From an uncultured Gammaproteobacteria bacterium (lineage in GTDB: Bacteria; Patescibacteriota; Microgenomatia; UBA10105; UBA927), in contig CAZGOA010000002.1 in assembly GCA_964527425.1 (NCBI GenBank), forward strand, positions 5,000-68,999: a stretch of 64,000 nt of DNA. Reading direction: 5' to 3'. A program made the translations under genes and the position numbers. Position 1 is the first letter of the stretch, and the number at the start of each line of letters is the position of its first letter. Positions 1 to 10,224 of the stretch are shown piece by piece. The notes beneath the pieces are model-generated. The model did not search any database. It was not told where the DNA came from and saw only the letters and a list, made by a program, of their open reading frames with translations.

Positions 1-335
1 AACTCTTTTACATGCCATGATACCGCTTCTCCAATTTCTGAAAGGGCTACCTTTGGTAAGGTTAATTCTCGAGAGTAAGCAAATGCTTCAGGAAATGAAA
101 CAACAACGTATGGAGTAGTAAATTTACCTTTTTCGCGTAATGTTAGAAGTGCCTGTTTAAAAATATCTCCATTTACTAACACACTTTGTGAAAATAAATC
201 TTGAGGTATCTGAACTTCTGCAGTATTTTTAACTTTCCCTGCTCTATTGATTTGAACTCCACGCAGACTCATTCGGTCAATTGAGAGACCAAAAAATTCT
301 CTTGTCGGCAGAATTAAATCGGGCAGAGATAACAT
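1..335 (-). CDS. Type IV pilus assembly protein PilM-like, N-terminal part (3' end outside window)
   Basis: My reverse-complement translation from ATG at 335: MLSLPDLILPTREFFGLSIDRMSLRGVQINRAGKVKNTAEVQIPQDLF...SFPEAFAYSREFNLPKV, which resembles the PilM N-terminal actin-like region. The ORF runs off the left edge. Confidence 0.5.
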   Translation of the reverse strand, partial: MLSLPDLILPTREFFGLSIDRMSLRGVQINRAGKVKNTAEVQIPQDLFSQSVLVNGDIFKQALLTLREKGKFTTPYVVVSFPEAFAYSRELTLPKVALSEIGEAVSWHVKE

Positions 336-396
336 ACTAGCTATATATATTCTATCAGCCTTGAGTAATTAAATTCAAAGGACGTATGATAGAGGT

Positions 397-1734
397 ATGG
401 GTACATTGTATAAAAAGAAAACCGGCTTCAGTATGGTAGAGACGATTGTCGCTATTGGAGTCTTTTCTATTTTCTTTGCTGCTATTGCGTTTATCCTGCA
501 GCAAGTATTAGAAAACGTTGGAACAGCTAGAGTAAGAGCTGTAGCTCTCTCTCTAGGACAAGAAAAAATGGAAGTTATTCGAAATCTTCCATACGATAAT
601 GTAGGTACTATCGCTGGAATACCATCTGGTCCTCTGCAACAGTCAGAAATCGTCACTATTAACTCAACACCGTTTACTGTCACCACATCTATTTTTTATA
701 TAGATGACCCTTTTGATCAAAGTGCTCCAACTGATCCAATCCCTGCTGACTATAAACGTGTCCGAGTTCAAGTAACCTGGGGAGGTCTTTTTCCTTCTCG
801 ATCACCCGTTACCCTTGTTACAAATATTGTTCCAAGAGGGCTTGAATCAAATCCTGGAGGAGGTACGCTTATTATCCAAGTGCTCAATTCGCAAGGATTA
901 CCCTTATCAAATGCAAACGTTGCTATTACAAATACTCTGGTAGTACCGCAAATTAATATTTCTACATTAAGTGATGCCTCTGGATTTGTTGTTATACCGG
1001 CTGCTCCAGCATGCATAACCTGCTATTCTATTACTGTTAGTCGGTCAGGGTATTCGACAGATAAAACATATACTACCAGTGAAGTCGCCAATCCGCTCCA
1101 GCCACTTACCACCATTATTGAAGGAGAAATTACACAAGTGTCTTTTTCTATAGATCAGATAGGTAGTATTTCTATTAGTTCGCGAAGCACGCAGGAAACT
1201 GGCTATATTCCACTAACAAACGTTATTTTTACATTAAGAGGTAGTAAAATTATAGGATATGATACGCTAGATAAACCAGTATATAAATACTCTCAACAAT
1301 TTACGACTGGAGGAGGTACTGTAGGTGTTCCTAATTTGGAGTGGGATACTTATACGGTTGATCTAACTGATTCAAACTATACACTTGCAGGTTCTAATCC
1401 CTTAAACCCAATTACTGTTTTACCTGGTGTATTTAATACTCCAATGACTATATTAGCAGATCCTAAATATGCTTCTTCTCTTTTGGTTACTATTAAAGAT
1501 AATTTAAATCAATTATTAGCTTCTGTATCTTCAACGTTAAAAAATAGCACCACCGGGACGGAAATAACGAAAATTACTGCTGCAACCGGTTCTGCAAATT
1601 TTGGACAAGTCTTTTATAACAATTTAACGCTCGGGAACTATACAGTTACGGCATCGTTGTCGGGATATCAAGTTGCAAGTCAATCTGTAACAATAAATGG
1701 TAATCAACAATTGCAAATGGTCTTGAATCCTTAA
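397..1734 (+). CDS. Large (445 aa) prepilin-like protein with class III signal (type IV pilin/pseudopilin family)
   Basis: N-terminus KKTG|FSMVETIVAIGVFSIFFAAIAF has the prepilin cleavage/methylation motif (G-1, F+1, E+5) followed by a hydrophobic helix. The Ser/Thr-rich body is far longer than canonical pilins. Confidence 0.65.
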   Translation: MGTLYKKKTGFSMVETIVAIGVFSIFFAAIAFILQQVLENVGTARVRAVALSLGQEKMEVIRNLPYDNVGTIAGIPSGPLQQSEIVTINSTPFTVTTSIFYIDDPFDQSAPTDPIPADYKRVRVQVTWGGLFPSRSPVTLVTNIVPRGLESNPGGGTLIIQVLNSQGLPLSNANVAITNTLVVPQINISTLSDASGFVVIPAAPACITCYSITVSRSGYSTDKTYTTSEVANPLQPLTTIIEGEITQVSFSIDQIGSISISSRSTQETGYIPLTNVIFTLRGSKIIGYDTLDKPVYKYSQQFTTGGGTVGVPNLEWDTYTVDLTDSNYTLAGSNPLNPITVLPGVFNTPMTILADPKYASSLLVTIKDNLNQLLASVSSTLKNSTTGTEITKITAATGSANFGQVFYNNLTLGNYTVTASLSGYQVASQSVTINGNQQLQMVLNP

Positions 1735-1738
1735 ATTC

Positions 1739-2395
1739 ATGCAGTATGACTTGAATATGAAATATCTTTTACACACTAACAGTCATAGAAAATCAACACA
1801 TGGATTTACCTTTGTTGAGGTAATTATTGCTGTATTTTTATTTACTGTCATTGTTGCATTAACGTCAGGTTTTGTTGTGTATTATTTCAGTAATTATTCA
1901 TTTACTTTTGAACAGCAGCAGCAGGTTGGTCAAGCACAATCTGCTCTAACACAGATGATTCGGGAAATACGGAAAGCCCGACCTGGAGACGATGGTTCCT
2001 GGCCATTAGTTCAAACAGATGATGCTGTATTTATCTTTTATGCTGATGTAAATGGTGATAACCGCAGTGACAGAGTTCGCTATTTTTTAAGTGGCAACGA
2101 ACTAAGAAGAGGAATTATTCAACCCACTGCAGTACCAGTTACGTATCCTGTTGCAAATGAAGTAATTACAACACTTATGACCTCTGTTGAGGCAACTTCT
2201 AGTCCAATTTTTCGATACTACAACGGCGATTGGCCTGCGGATACAACCAATAATCCACTCTCACCTGCTAACAGAATACTGAATACTCGATTCGTTAAAA
2301 TAGATGTAAGATTGAACCAAACAACAAATTTTGCTGCTGAACCGTTTGAATTAAGCAGTGGAGTGAGTATTAGAAGTATGAAAAACAACTTATAA
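1739..2395 (+). CDS. Minor pilin/pseudopilin with prepilin-type N-terminal domain
   Basis: HG|FTFVEVIIAVFLFTVIV motif. The gene starts 4 nt after the upstream pilin stop. An alternative start at 1757 (MKYLL) is possible. Confidence 0.6.
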   Translation: MQYDLNMKYLLHTNSHRKSTHGFTFVEVIIAVFLFTVIVALTSGFVVYYFSNYSFTFEQQQQVGQAQSALTQMIREIRKARPGDDGSWPLVQTDDAVFIFYADVNGDNRSDRVRYFLSGNELRRGIIQPTAVPVTYPVANEVITTLMTSVEATSSPIFRYYNGDWPADTTNNPLSPANRILNTRFVKIDVRLNQTTNFAAEPFELSSGVSIRSMKNNL

Positions 2396-2398
2396 ACT

Positions 2399-3811
2399 AT
2401 GAAATACAAAACATCAACATCAGGCAATAATAATTTCAAGAATATATATGCCGGTAGTATTTCAATATTAGTTCTTGTGTTTGGATTGATGTTTTCTGTC
2501 GCTATTGGTGGACTAGTCATTGTTGCAGAAGTTCAGCAGAATAATGCATATAGAACTGATATTTATGAACGAGCATTAACGGTAGCTCAGGCAGGTGCCG
2601 AGTATTATCGCTGGCATCTTGCTCATGCACCCACAGATTATACTGATGGTACTGGACAACCTGGACCATATGTCCACCCTCTTTCTGATCCATATGGCCA
2701 AACTGAAGGAACGTTTAGTTTAATGATTACTCCACCGGCTGCAGGCTCTTCTAACATAACCATTGAGTCTACTGGCTGGTTAAATAGCAATCCTGAAATA
2801 AAACGTAAAGTTATTGCTCGATATGGTATACCTTCTCTTGCAAGATTTTCTTTTCTCCATAATGCTAATGTATGGTTTGGTTCTGGATTAACTGTTCAGG
2901 GACCAGCATTATCCAATGGTGGAATTCGTATGGATGGGGTGAATATATCTACAATTCAAAGTGCCAGACAAACGTATACTTGTGGTACAGAAACAGGTTG
3001 TTCTCCTTCACAAATACGGAATGGCGTATGGGGGTCTGGGGGTCCATCTAATTTATGGCAATTTCCTGTTCCAGCTGTCGATTTTAATAGTTTAAATCTT
3101 GATTTCAGTACTATGAGAACTGCAGCTCAAGCGAATGGATTATATTTGCCAGCTTCGGGTAGCTTGGGATACAGAATCCAATTTCAATCAAATGGTAATT
3201 ACACTGTAAGACGAGTAACAAATGCTACGAGCAGATCTGGTTGGAGCGTTGAGAATGGATGTCAAAGCTTAGCGCAAGACATTACGAATTCTGTCAATGT
3301 TGGTACTTATTCAATTGCTCAAAGACCTATTATTTTTGCTGAAGACAATTTATGGGTTGAGGGTGTAGTTAATGGTAAAGCAACTGTAGTTGCTGCACGT
3401 TTTCCCTTAAATGTTAACTTTATGAATATTTGGATAACCAATAACTTAACCTACGTTGCAAAAGATGGTCATTCCAATCTTGGTCTGTTTGCCCAAAATA
3501 ATATTTATTTTGGACTGAATGTACCAGAAGATTTTGAAATCAATGCTGCACTACTTGCATCTCAAGGCAGAATAATCCGTCATAATTATCGTTACTCAGG
3601 ATGTAGTTATTATTCTGCAGCTGTAAAAGACAACTTAACGATTTATGGGTCTGTAATTAGTAATCAAAAATCATATTGGAATTTTGGTACTGGTCCAACA
3701 TCTGGATTTAGAGAACGCTTAATCACCTATGATAGTAACTTATATTTTGATGCTCCACCTTACTTTCCTGATCAAGGTGAATATGAATTTATATCCTGGA
3801 CGGAAGAATAA
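2399..3811 (+). CDS. PilX-like minor pilin/pilus assembly protein
   Basis: N-terminal TM helix followed by QQNNAYRTDIYERALTVAQAGAEYYRW, as in PilX_N domains. It lies 3 nt after the previous stop, in the same operon as the two prepilins. Confidence 0.45.
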   Translation: MKYKTSTSGNNNFKNIYAGSISILVLVFGLMFSVAIGGLVIVAEVQQNNAYRTDIYERALTVAQAGAEYYRWHLAHAPTDYTDGTGQPGPYVHPLSDPYGQTEGTFSLMITPPAAGSSNITIESTGWLNSNPEIKRKVIARYGIPSLARFSFLHNANVWFGSGLTVQGPALSNGGIRMDGVNISTIQSARQTYTCGTETGCSPSQIRNGVWGSGGPSNLWQFPVPAVDFNSLNLDFSTMRTAAQANGLYLPASGSLGYRIQFQSNGNYTVRRVTNATSRSGWSVENGCQSLAQDITNSVNVGTYSIAQRPIIFAEDNLWVEGVVNGKATVVAARFPLNVNFMNIWITNNLTYVAKDGHSNLGLFAQNNIYFGLNVPEDFEINAALLASQGRIIRHNYRYSGCSYYSAAVKDNLTIYGSVISNQKSYWNFGTGPTSGFRERLITYDSNLYFDAPPYFPDQGEYEFISWTEE

Positions 3812-3968
3812 TAAGTGTTGATTTGTTAAGAAAAAACACTAAAGTTTTTTAAAAAACTTATTACTCTTATGTTAGCAGAAACAAATGTATTTATGATAGA
3901 TTCAGGTTCATCTTGCCATGGTTTTATCAAACTCACTGATTGAGAAGAGTTAAAGAATGAAGGATTTG

Positions 3969-5177
3969 TTATCTTCCTGCAGCTTGTTGGAAATTACCAA
4001 CGACACTATAAATAGGAGCAATAATTGAGAGAATCATGACTCCGACTGCAACTCCTACTAATAACATCATGACTGGCTCTATGATTTGTGTTAATCCTTT
4101 AACCTCTTCTTCTACTTCTCCTTCATAAAAGGTAGCAAGATCTGCCATTGTACTATCTATTGTTGCGGTTTTCTCCCCCGCTGCTATCATTTGCACGACT
4201 AAGGATGGAAATACTTTTTGTTCTTTCATAGAACTGGCAAGCGTTCGACCTTTGCGTATTTGCTCTGGAATTGTTATTTTTAAGTTTCTATAATCTTTCC
4301 AGCTTAATAGTGAGAGCGATATTTCGAGTGCATCGGTAATGGGAACAGCACTTTTCATGAGTGTTGAAAAAATTCTTGAAAACCGTGCTAAATCTATTTT
4401 TTGAATGAGCCTTCGAATAAATGGGATTAATCCTAACGCACTCAATAACATGTCTCTTACTTGTTGCGATCGTAATGCAAAAAACCCACCAATAAGAGAT
4501 AGAACAGTTAACATAACAACTGGTATTATTTGTTTTGAAAAAGCAATACTAAGAGTAAACAGTAATCTGGTAGGAGCTGGAAGCGGCAGATTTAGGCTTA
4601 AAAATACTTTTCCGATTGAGGGCAACACGAAGAAAAACATGAGAATACCCATTCCGATCATCGCTACAAATATTATTGCAGGATACATCATTGCACCCTT
4701 AACTTTTGATGCAAGACTATACTCAGCACGCAGTTCTATTTCTAATTGCGTAAACACTTCAGCTAATTTTCCACTAATTTCGCCTGCTCTGACCAAAGTT
4801 AAAAAATATGATTCGAACACACCTGGATATTTTTCAAATATTTCTGATAACTGTTGACCTTGTTGTAATCCATATTGCATATCTTCCAATATTTTTTTCA
4901 TAACTGGATTTTTCGTTTCTCTGGAAAGCACATCAATTCCTTCTGAAAGCGATAATCCTGTTGAAAGCATAATACCCATATACCGACAAAAGGTAATTTT
5001 ATCTACAGCAGGAACTGTACCGTGCATTTGAACATTATCGATGTTTTCTTTAATAACTACGGGAGTTAAACCTTGTTTAGTCAATGAACTGGCAACTTCT
5101 TCTTTAGTTTTGGCAGAAACTACACCTTCTGTAAGGTGTTTACTACTGTCTACTGCTTTATATTTAAATGAAGCCAT
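3969..5177 (-). CDS. pilC: Type IV pilus inner-membrane platform protein PilC (GspF family)
   Basis: N-terminus MASFKYKAVDSSKHLTEGVVSAKTKEEVASSLTKQGLTPV is canonical PilC. GspF-repeat architecture with TM segments. Confidence 0.85.
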   Translation of the reverse strand: MASFKYKAVDSSKHLTEGVVSAKTKEEVASSLTKQGLTPVVIKENIDNVQMHGTVPAVDKITFCRYMGIMLSTGLSLSEGIDVLSRETKNPVMKKILEDMQYGLQQGQQLSEIFEKYPGVFESYFLTLVRAGEISGKLAEVFTQLEIELRAEYSLASKVKGAMMYPAIIFVAMIGMGILMFFFVLPSIGKVFLSLNLPLPAPTRLLFTLSIAFSKQIIPVVMLTVLSLIGGFFALRSQQVRDMLLSALGLIPFIRRLIQKIDLARFSRIFSTLMKSAVPITDALEISLSLLSWKDYRNLKITIPEQIRKGRTLASSMKEQKVFPSLVVQMIAAGEKTATIDSTMADLATFYEGEVEEEVKGLTQIIEPVMMLLVGVAVGVMILSIIAPIYSVVGNFQQAAGR

Positions 5178-5198
5178 AACAAGTTACATTAGAATTTC

Positions 5199-6875
5199 TT
5201 ACTCACGAACAACACGCAATACTTCCTCTATGCTTGTTAAACCGCCACTTGCTTTATTCAACCCATCACGTAAAAGTGGAGTCATTCCATTTCGCATTGC
5301 TTCTCTGGCAATTTCTTCTGAAGGTACTTTTTGAATGATCAATTTTCGAATTTTTTCGTTCACTTCCAGAATTTCAAAAATTCCTATTCTCCCTTTATAC
5401 CCCCTTCCCCCACATTCTTGACAACCTATCCCTTTGTAGAGTGTTTGCGGAACTTGCCATTCTGGTGCAATTTTTTGTAAATATTCGACTTGTTCTGATG
5501 GCAAAGTATAACTTTGAATACATCTCGTACACAATTTTCGAACAAGTCGTTGTGCAATAATTAAATTTAATGTTGAAGCAAGTAAGAATCCTTCGGTTCC
5601 CATATCTGTAAATCGAGGAATTGCGCCCGCGGCATCATTTGTATGAAGTGTTGATAACACCAAATGACCTGTAAGCGATGAGTGTATCGCCATTTCTGCA
5701 GTTTCTGTATCACGAATTTCTCCAACCATGATAATATCTGGATCGTGACGCAAGAGAGCTCTTAAGCCTGCTGCAAAGGTTAATCCTGCTGCTGTATTTA
5801 TTTGTGTTTGATTTACTCGTTTAATGCCATATTCTACAGGATCTTCTATAGTACACATTTTTACTTCTGTTGAATTGAGCATTGTCAAAACGCTATAGAG
5901 AGTTGTTGTTTTTCCTGATCCTGTTGGACCAGTGACGAGAATCATTCCGTGAGGTTTTACGATGTTTCTATTTACTAATTCTAAATTAAATCCAGTAAGG
6001 CCTAACTCTTCAAACGAAAGTGGACGTGCTGATTCTGCTAAAATTCGAAGTACAATATTTTCTCCGTAAAACGATGGCAAAATAGACACACGCAGTGCAA
6101 TATAGCTTTCTTTAATTTTAAATTTAAACCTTCCGTCCTGAGGTATTCGGTGTTCATCAATTTTAAGTTGCGAGAGTATCTTAATACGCGCAATAATTGC
6201 CGGATGGATCATTTTAGGTAGCTCAACAATATCTCTTAATACTCCATCTATACGAAATCTCGTCACAAATGATTCTTCCATTGCCTCAAAATGAATATCT
6301 GAAGCACCTTCTGCTACTGCATATTCTAAAACAGTATCAAGAATTCTAATTACGGGCAGATCAAGTGCCATCTTTTCACTATCTCTTCCAGCTTTTTGAC
6401 TTTCCTGAAGATTTTCTTTAATAATCTTGTCGAAAACCTCTTTTATGTTTCTTTTATATTGTCCTATGGCTTTTGTAATATCGGTATACCGGGAATATGA
6501 TATTTTTAATTTATAACCTGTTTTTCGTTTAACAAACTCTTTTGCTTCAAGATCTGAAGGGTCATCCATTGCAAGTGATAATTCATTTCCTGATAGTTCA
6601 TAGGGAATCATTTTAAACGTAGCTGCCGCTTCTTCTGGAATAAGAAGAAGCACCTCTAGAGGAATTGTTTTGTGTGATAAATCAATAAATGGAACCTTAT
6701 AATATTCTGCAATTAAGTTCCCTAAAATGTCTTCTGTTAAAAACCCTTTATATGCTAAAACGTCTGCAATATCTTTCTTGAGTTCTGTCGCAGATTTTAC
6801 TGCAGTGTCATAATCTTCTGAAGATACAAATCCAGATTTTACAACGATTTCACGTAATTGAGCAGCAGAAAGCAT
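5199..6875 (-). CDS. pilB: Type IV pilus assembly ATPase PilB (GspE family)
   Basis: Walker A LVTGPTGSGKTTTLYS, the GEIRD motif and a tetracysteine CTRC...CQECGGRGYKGRIG zinc motif. There is a 21-bp gap to pilC. Confidence 0.9.
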   Translation of the reverse strand: MLSAAQLREIVVKSGFVSSEDYDTAVKSATELKKDIADVLAYKGFLTEDILGNLIAEYYKVPFIDLSHKTIPLEVLLLIPEEAAATFKMIPYELSGNELSLAMDDPSDLEAKEFVKRKTGYKLKISYSRYTDITKAIGQYKRNIKEVFDKIIKENLQESQKAGRDSEKMALDLPVIRILDTVLEYAVAEGASDIHFEAMEESFVTRFRIDGVLRDIVELPKMIHPAIIARIKILSQLKIDEHRIPQDGRFKFKIKESYIALRVSILPSFYGENIVLRILAESARPLSFEELGLTGFNLELVNRNIVKPHGMILVTGPTGSGKTTTLYSVLTMLNSTEVKMCTIEDPVEYGIKRVNQTQINTAAGLTFAAGLRALLRHDPDIIMVGEIRDTETAEMAIHSSLTGHLVLSTLHTNDAAGAIPRFTDMGTEGFLLASTLNLIIAQRLVRKLCTRCIQSYTLPSEQVEYLQKIAPEWQVPQTLYKGIGCQECGGRGYKGRIGIFEILEVNEKIRKLIIQKVPSEEIAREAMRNGMTPLLRDGLNKASGGLTSIEEVLRVVRE

Positions 6876-6935
6876 GAATTCAATGTTGTTTGTAAAAAGT
6901 ATGCTACTTTGTAACCATGGATACTGTTTTACAAA

Positions 6936-7307
6936 CTAATTTGGTTTTACATAGGATTTAATTTTATTAACCAATTCGGTGGGGGAGATATTTGCTTTCG
7001 TTATAAATTCTGTTGCTCCTACATCAAGGGCTCGTTTTGATTCTGCTTCTTGTGCAAGATTGGAATACATTATGATTGGAGTATTTTTAAACTGTTCTTC
7101 AGCACGCAGAGTTTCAATAACTGTAAAACCATCTACTTTAGGCATCATAACATCTAATAATATTAAATCCGGACGTTCCTTTTCTGCTAATTCAATACCT
7201 TTTTCTCCATCTTCTGCAGATACTATTTCATACCCATCTGCTTTCAGACGAGTTGTATATATTTTTACAATTAAAGAATCATCTTCTACTAATAAAATTT
7301 TTGCCAT
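6936..7307 (-). CDS. Stand-alone response-regulator receiver domain (CheY/PilH-like)
   Basis: MAKILLVEDDSLIV...LILLDVMMPKVDGF...; no output domain. The start was moved to the internal Met (MAKILLV); the track ORF extends to 7355. Confidence 0.8.
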   Translation of the reverse strand: MAKILLVEDDSLIVKIYTTRLKADGYEIVSAEDGEKGIELAEKERPDLILLDVMMPKVDGFTVIETLRAEEQFKNTPIIMYSNLAQEAESKRALDVGATEFITKANISPTELVNKIKSYVKPN

Positions 7308-7377
7308 ATTACTTTTAAACAATACAAAGATACAAACTTTATAAACTTTTTTCAAACATACTTCGTATTATACATAG

Positions 7378-9507
7378 TTATTTAACAATCGGCAGAGTGA
7401 AATAGAATGTAGTTCCTTTCCCAACCTCTGAATCTAACCAGATACTTCCTCCAAGACCTTCAATAATTTTTTGAGATAGATACAGTCCTAATCCTGTTCC
7501 TCCATATGTTTTTGTATACTTTTGATCTCGTTTTACTTGAGAAAACTTTTTAAACAACAGATCAAAGTCTTCTTTATGAATACCTGTTCCTGTATCTTTG
7601 ACCTGGGTTACTACCATACCATCTTTTACTTCCGTTTTTATGGTGATACCGCCTTCAGAAGTAAACTTAAGTGCATTACTAATTAAGTTAATAACCACTT
7701 CTTTTATTTTATCTTCATCTGCAATGACTAATGGAAGCTCTCCTACTTGCTCATAGGTTATGTATAAATGTTTTTCTTTTACAGCAAGTTTTAAGTTTTT
7801 GACAACATCAGCAATAAGCTCACTTAACTGTACATGAGAAAGCGTAAAAGATAACTTGCCTGATTCTATTCGAGAAGTATTAAGTAAATTATTGACTAGA
7901 CGAATAAGTCGATCATTTTCATTGTATGCTGCAGTTAAAAATTCTCTTGAATCGTTAGAGATTGGTCCTGCATAACCCTCAAGAATTGTGGAAATTGAAC
8001 CTTTGATTGCAGCCATGGGTGTGCGCAACTCATGAGAGGCTAAAGATACAAATTCATCTTTTAATTTGTCTAGTTCCTGAAGTTGACTATTTGCTTCTTT
8101 CAGTTCTTTCGTCGCTTTTTCTACTTCTTCTTGAAGTGTAATATTAAAACGCCTTATTTCTTCATATGACCTTGCATTTTGAAATGCTATTGCAGACTCA
8201 CTTGCTAAAATTGATATGACACTCAAATCTTGTTCAGTAAAAATATCTCCTGATTCTTTTTGACCCAGTATAAAATATACTCCCAGTTCTGTCTCAGTTT
8301 TTAATTTTACCAAAATATAGATACCATACTTAATAAATAATTCTTTTACATTTCCTTCGGAAATTTCATCAAATATTTGCAGTTTGCTTTGGATACTCTG
8401 TAATAACTCAAAATCATCTTCAGACATATCTGAAACCACTTGGAAGTTTTTGTGATATGTTTGATGGATATTATTCTTTGCCAGAAGAAGTACAGCACTC
8501 TTAGTAATTTTTAAACTTTTTTCAAGTTCATTAAAGAGAGCCCCCGTCATATCTTGCAGATTTAGCGTCCCTGCCAATATTTTGCTAATTTCACTTAAAA
8601 CCTTGTCGCTGTTATAACTATTTTTGTAAAAAATTCTACTGGATACCGATTCAAATAATTTTCGAAGAGGTGTGAATGTAAACGAAGCAACAAACGTTAG
8701 AGAGATTAGGGTTGCAAATTGAATCTGTGTCAGTGATAAATCAACTAATATTGTACCAAATCCAATAACTAATAATGAATATAGTATACCAATTACTACC
8801 AACACCAAAACAAATGACACTGCCCTTACAATTATCAACCGAATATCCATGAGTCTATGTCGAATAATTGCATATGATGTGAATCCAACTAACAATAACG
8901 TGGCAGCAGGACTAAAGAAGCCAAATCTGCTTATTCCTACTGCAGGCAAAATGACACCAGTTAGTGTTACAGCAAACAAGAAAGAAAAAAATCCAAAAAA
9001 TAAAAATTTGATTTGGTTTCTTGGTCTCCCTGTACTATTTCGAAACTTTTTAAAAAGTGTAACACTACCGAATATTGCTCCAAATACTGACCATAACATT
9101 AATAGTGGATATAACACACCTAAAACCGGTTGTATTTGATCAAAGTCAGAATTTATTCCTGAAACAAATGGATGAAATGGAGTAAGAATAAGAAATAGGG
9201 CAACTGGTATTACACAAAAATAAATTAAATATTTTATGTTTAACTTGTGGCCCTCAGGAAAATGTTTAGAAAACAATATAAAACTGCTTACGCCAAAAAG
9301 ATTTCCAAAAAACAAAGTTAAATCACTCCAGAATAAGGTCTTAAACGTAAACAAGAATCCAATAGATAGTGTCCATAAAGATAGTGTTCCAGCAAAAAAA
9401 ACAAAACTTTTATTTACCCAACTATGTGAATTCCGTTGATAAACAATCAGTGCGAGAATAAAATTTATGAGAGCGATACCACCTACAAACAGTAAAAAAG
9501 GATTCAT
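7378..9507 (-). CDS. Sensor histidine kinase: polytopic N-terminal membrane domain, GAF-like region, coiled coil, HisKA, HATPase_c
   Basis: H-box SHELRTPMAAIKG. G-boxes DTGTGI...GGTGLGLYLSQ. About 8 predicted TM helices in the first 250 aa. Confidence 0.85.
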   Translation of the reverse strand: MNPFLLFVGGIALINFILALIVYQRNSHSWVNKSFVFFAGTLSLWTLSIGFLFTFKTLFWSDLTLFFGNLFGVSSFILFSKHFPEGHKLNIKYLIYFCVIPVALFLILTPFHPFVSGINSDFDQIQPVLGVLYPLLMLWSVFGAIFGSVTLFKKFRNSTGRPRNQIKFLFFGFFSFLFAVTLTGVILPAVGISRFGFFSPAATLLLVGFTSYAIIRHRLMDIRLIIVRAVSFVLVLVVIGILYSLLVIGFGTILVDLSLTQIQFATLISLTFVASFTFTPLRKLFESVSSRIFYKNSYNSDKVLSEISKILAGTLNLQDMTGALFNELEKSLKITKSAVLLLAKNNIHQTYHKNFQVVSDMSEDDFELLQSIQSKLQIFDEISEGNVKELFIKYGIYILVKLKTETELGVYFILGQKESGDIFTEQDLSVISILASESAIAFQNARSYEEIRRFNITLQEEVEKATKELKEANSQLQELDKLKDEFVSLASHELRTPMAAIKGSISTILEGYAGPISNDSREFLTAAYNENDRLIRLVNNLLNTSRIESGKLSFTLSHVQLSELIADVVKNLKLAVKEKHLYITYEQVGELPLVIADEDKIKEVVINLISNALKFTSEGGITIKTEVKDGMVVTQVKDTGTGIHKEDFDLLFKKFSQVKRDQKYTKTYGGTGLGLYLSQKIIEGLGGSIWLDSEVGKGTTFYFTLPIVK

Positions 9508-9512
9508 ATAAT

Positions 9513-10220
9513 TCAGTCTTTTTTAGTAAGAACCAATAAATAACTTTGCATATATGTTTCTTTAATAGATATTGACTTTATATTAAGATTTTTTACCATC
9601 TCTTCCCATTCTTCTTGAGAAAGAAAATGGAAACCTTTATTGTTTGCTTTTAATTTAATAATCAAATTGAAAAAAAATAAGGGAAGTGTAATAAAAAACA
9701 TTTTCACCTTCGCAAATCCCTTAACTGAATTAATAATTTCAAAATATGCTGCAGTAAATTTTGCTTTTGAGTGAGGATTAACTATCACTAATGTACCTCC
9801 CGGTTTTAAAACTCTCAATAATTCTGAAACAGTAAAAGCCGGATTACTTACAGCATATATCGAATTAATTGCAACAATACTGTCAAAATAATTCTTCTCT
9901 AAAGGTAGCTTATCATTTACACTTGCCAAAAATAAACGCATATTTGTAAAAGAACCTACTTTTTTTCTGGCTTTTGATAACATAACCTTTGAGATATCAA
10001 TTCCTACATACTCACCAAGTTTATCTTTTGCTACAAGCTCCATAAAATTACCAGTACCGCATCCCACATCTAATACACGTATGTTGGGCTTAACTAAGGC
10101 ACCCTTTTTAACATCTTGTAACAAATGTTGATATGGAGGGAGCAAACGAACTAAATCGTATACATGAGCGTATATTTGCCAAAATATTTCACTTCGTTGG
10201 TTTTTCATCTTTATCTCCAA
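9513..10220 (-). CDS. Class I SAM-dependent methyltransferase
   Basis: Motif I VLDVGCGTGNF and post-I acidic motif (VGID). It lies 5 bp from the HK start and 4 bp from the upstream gene. Confidence 0.8.
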   Translation of the reverse strand: MEIKMKNQRSEIFWQIYAHVYDLVRLLPPYQHLLQDVKKGALVKPNIRVLDVGCGTGNFMELVAKDKLGEYVGIDISKVMLSKARKKVGSFTNMRLFLASVNDKLPLEKNYFDSIVAINSIYAVSNPAFTVSELLRVLKPGGTLVIVNPHSKAKFTAAYFEIINSVKGFAKVKMFFITLPLFFFNLIIKLKANNKGFHFLSQEEWEEMVKNLNIKSISIKETYMQSYLLVLTKKD

Positions 10221-10224
10221 GCTG

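Noticed and set aside
375-1016. Track ORFs 375..686(-) and 768..1016(-) antisense to the prepilin gene. Many similar antisense or overlapping ORFs occur elsewhere, for example 4405..4857, 8849..9139, 20247..20921, 29997..30323, 30584..30883, 32085..32480, 41151..41536, 44974..45405, 47328..47651, 49573..49935, 53451..53702, 54052..54315 and 62783..63244.
   Set aside because: Each lies entirely inside a longer, well-supported gene on the opposite strand (or the same strand out of frame). None has a conserved motif. They are typical shadow ORFs of AT-rich genomes.
3815-3859. An A/T-only palindrome AAGTTTTTTAAAAAACTT and a weak GTGTT...AACAC stem between convergent pilX-like and pilC, as a bidirectional terminator.
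   Set aside because: The stems are A/U-only or 5 bp with a 15-nt loop, so they are too weak to call a terminator with any confidence. They may still contribute to termination.
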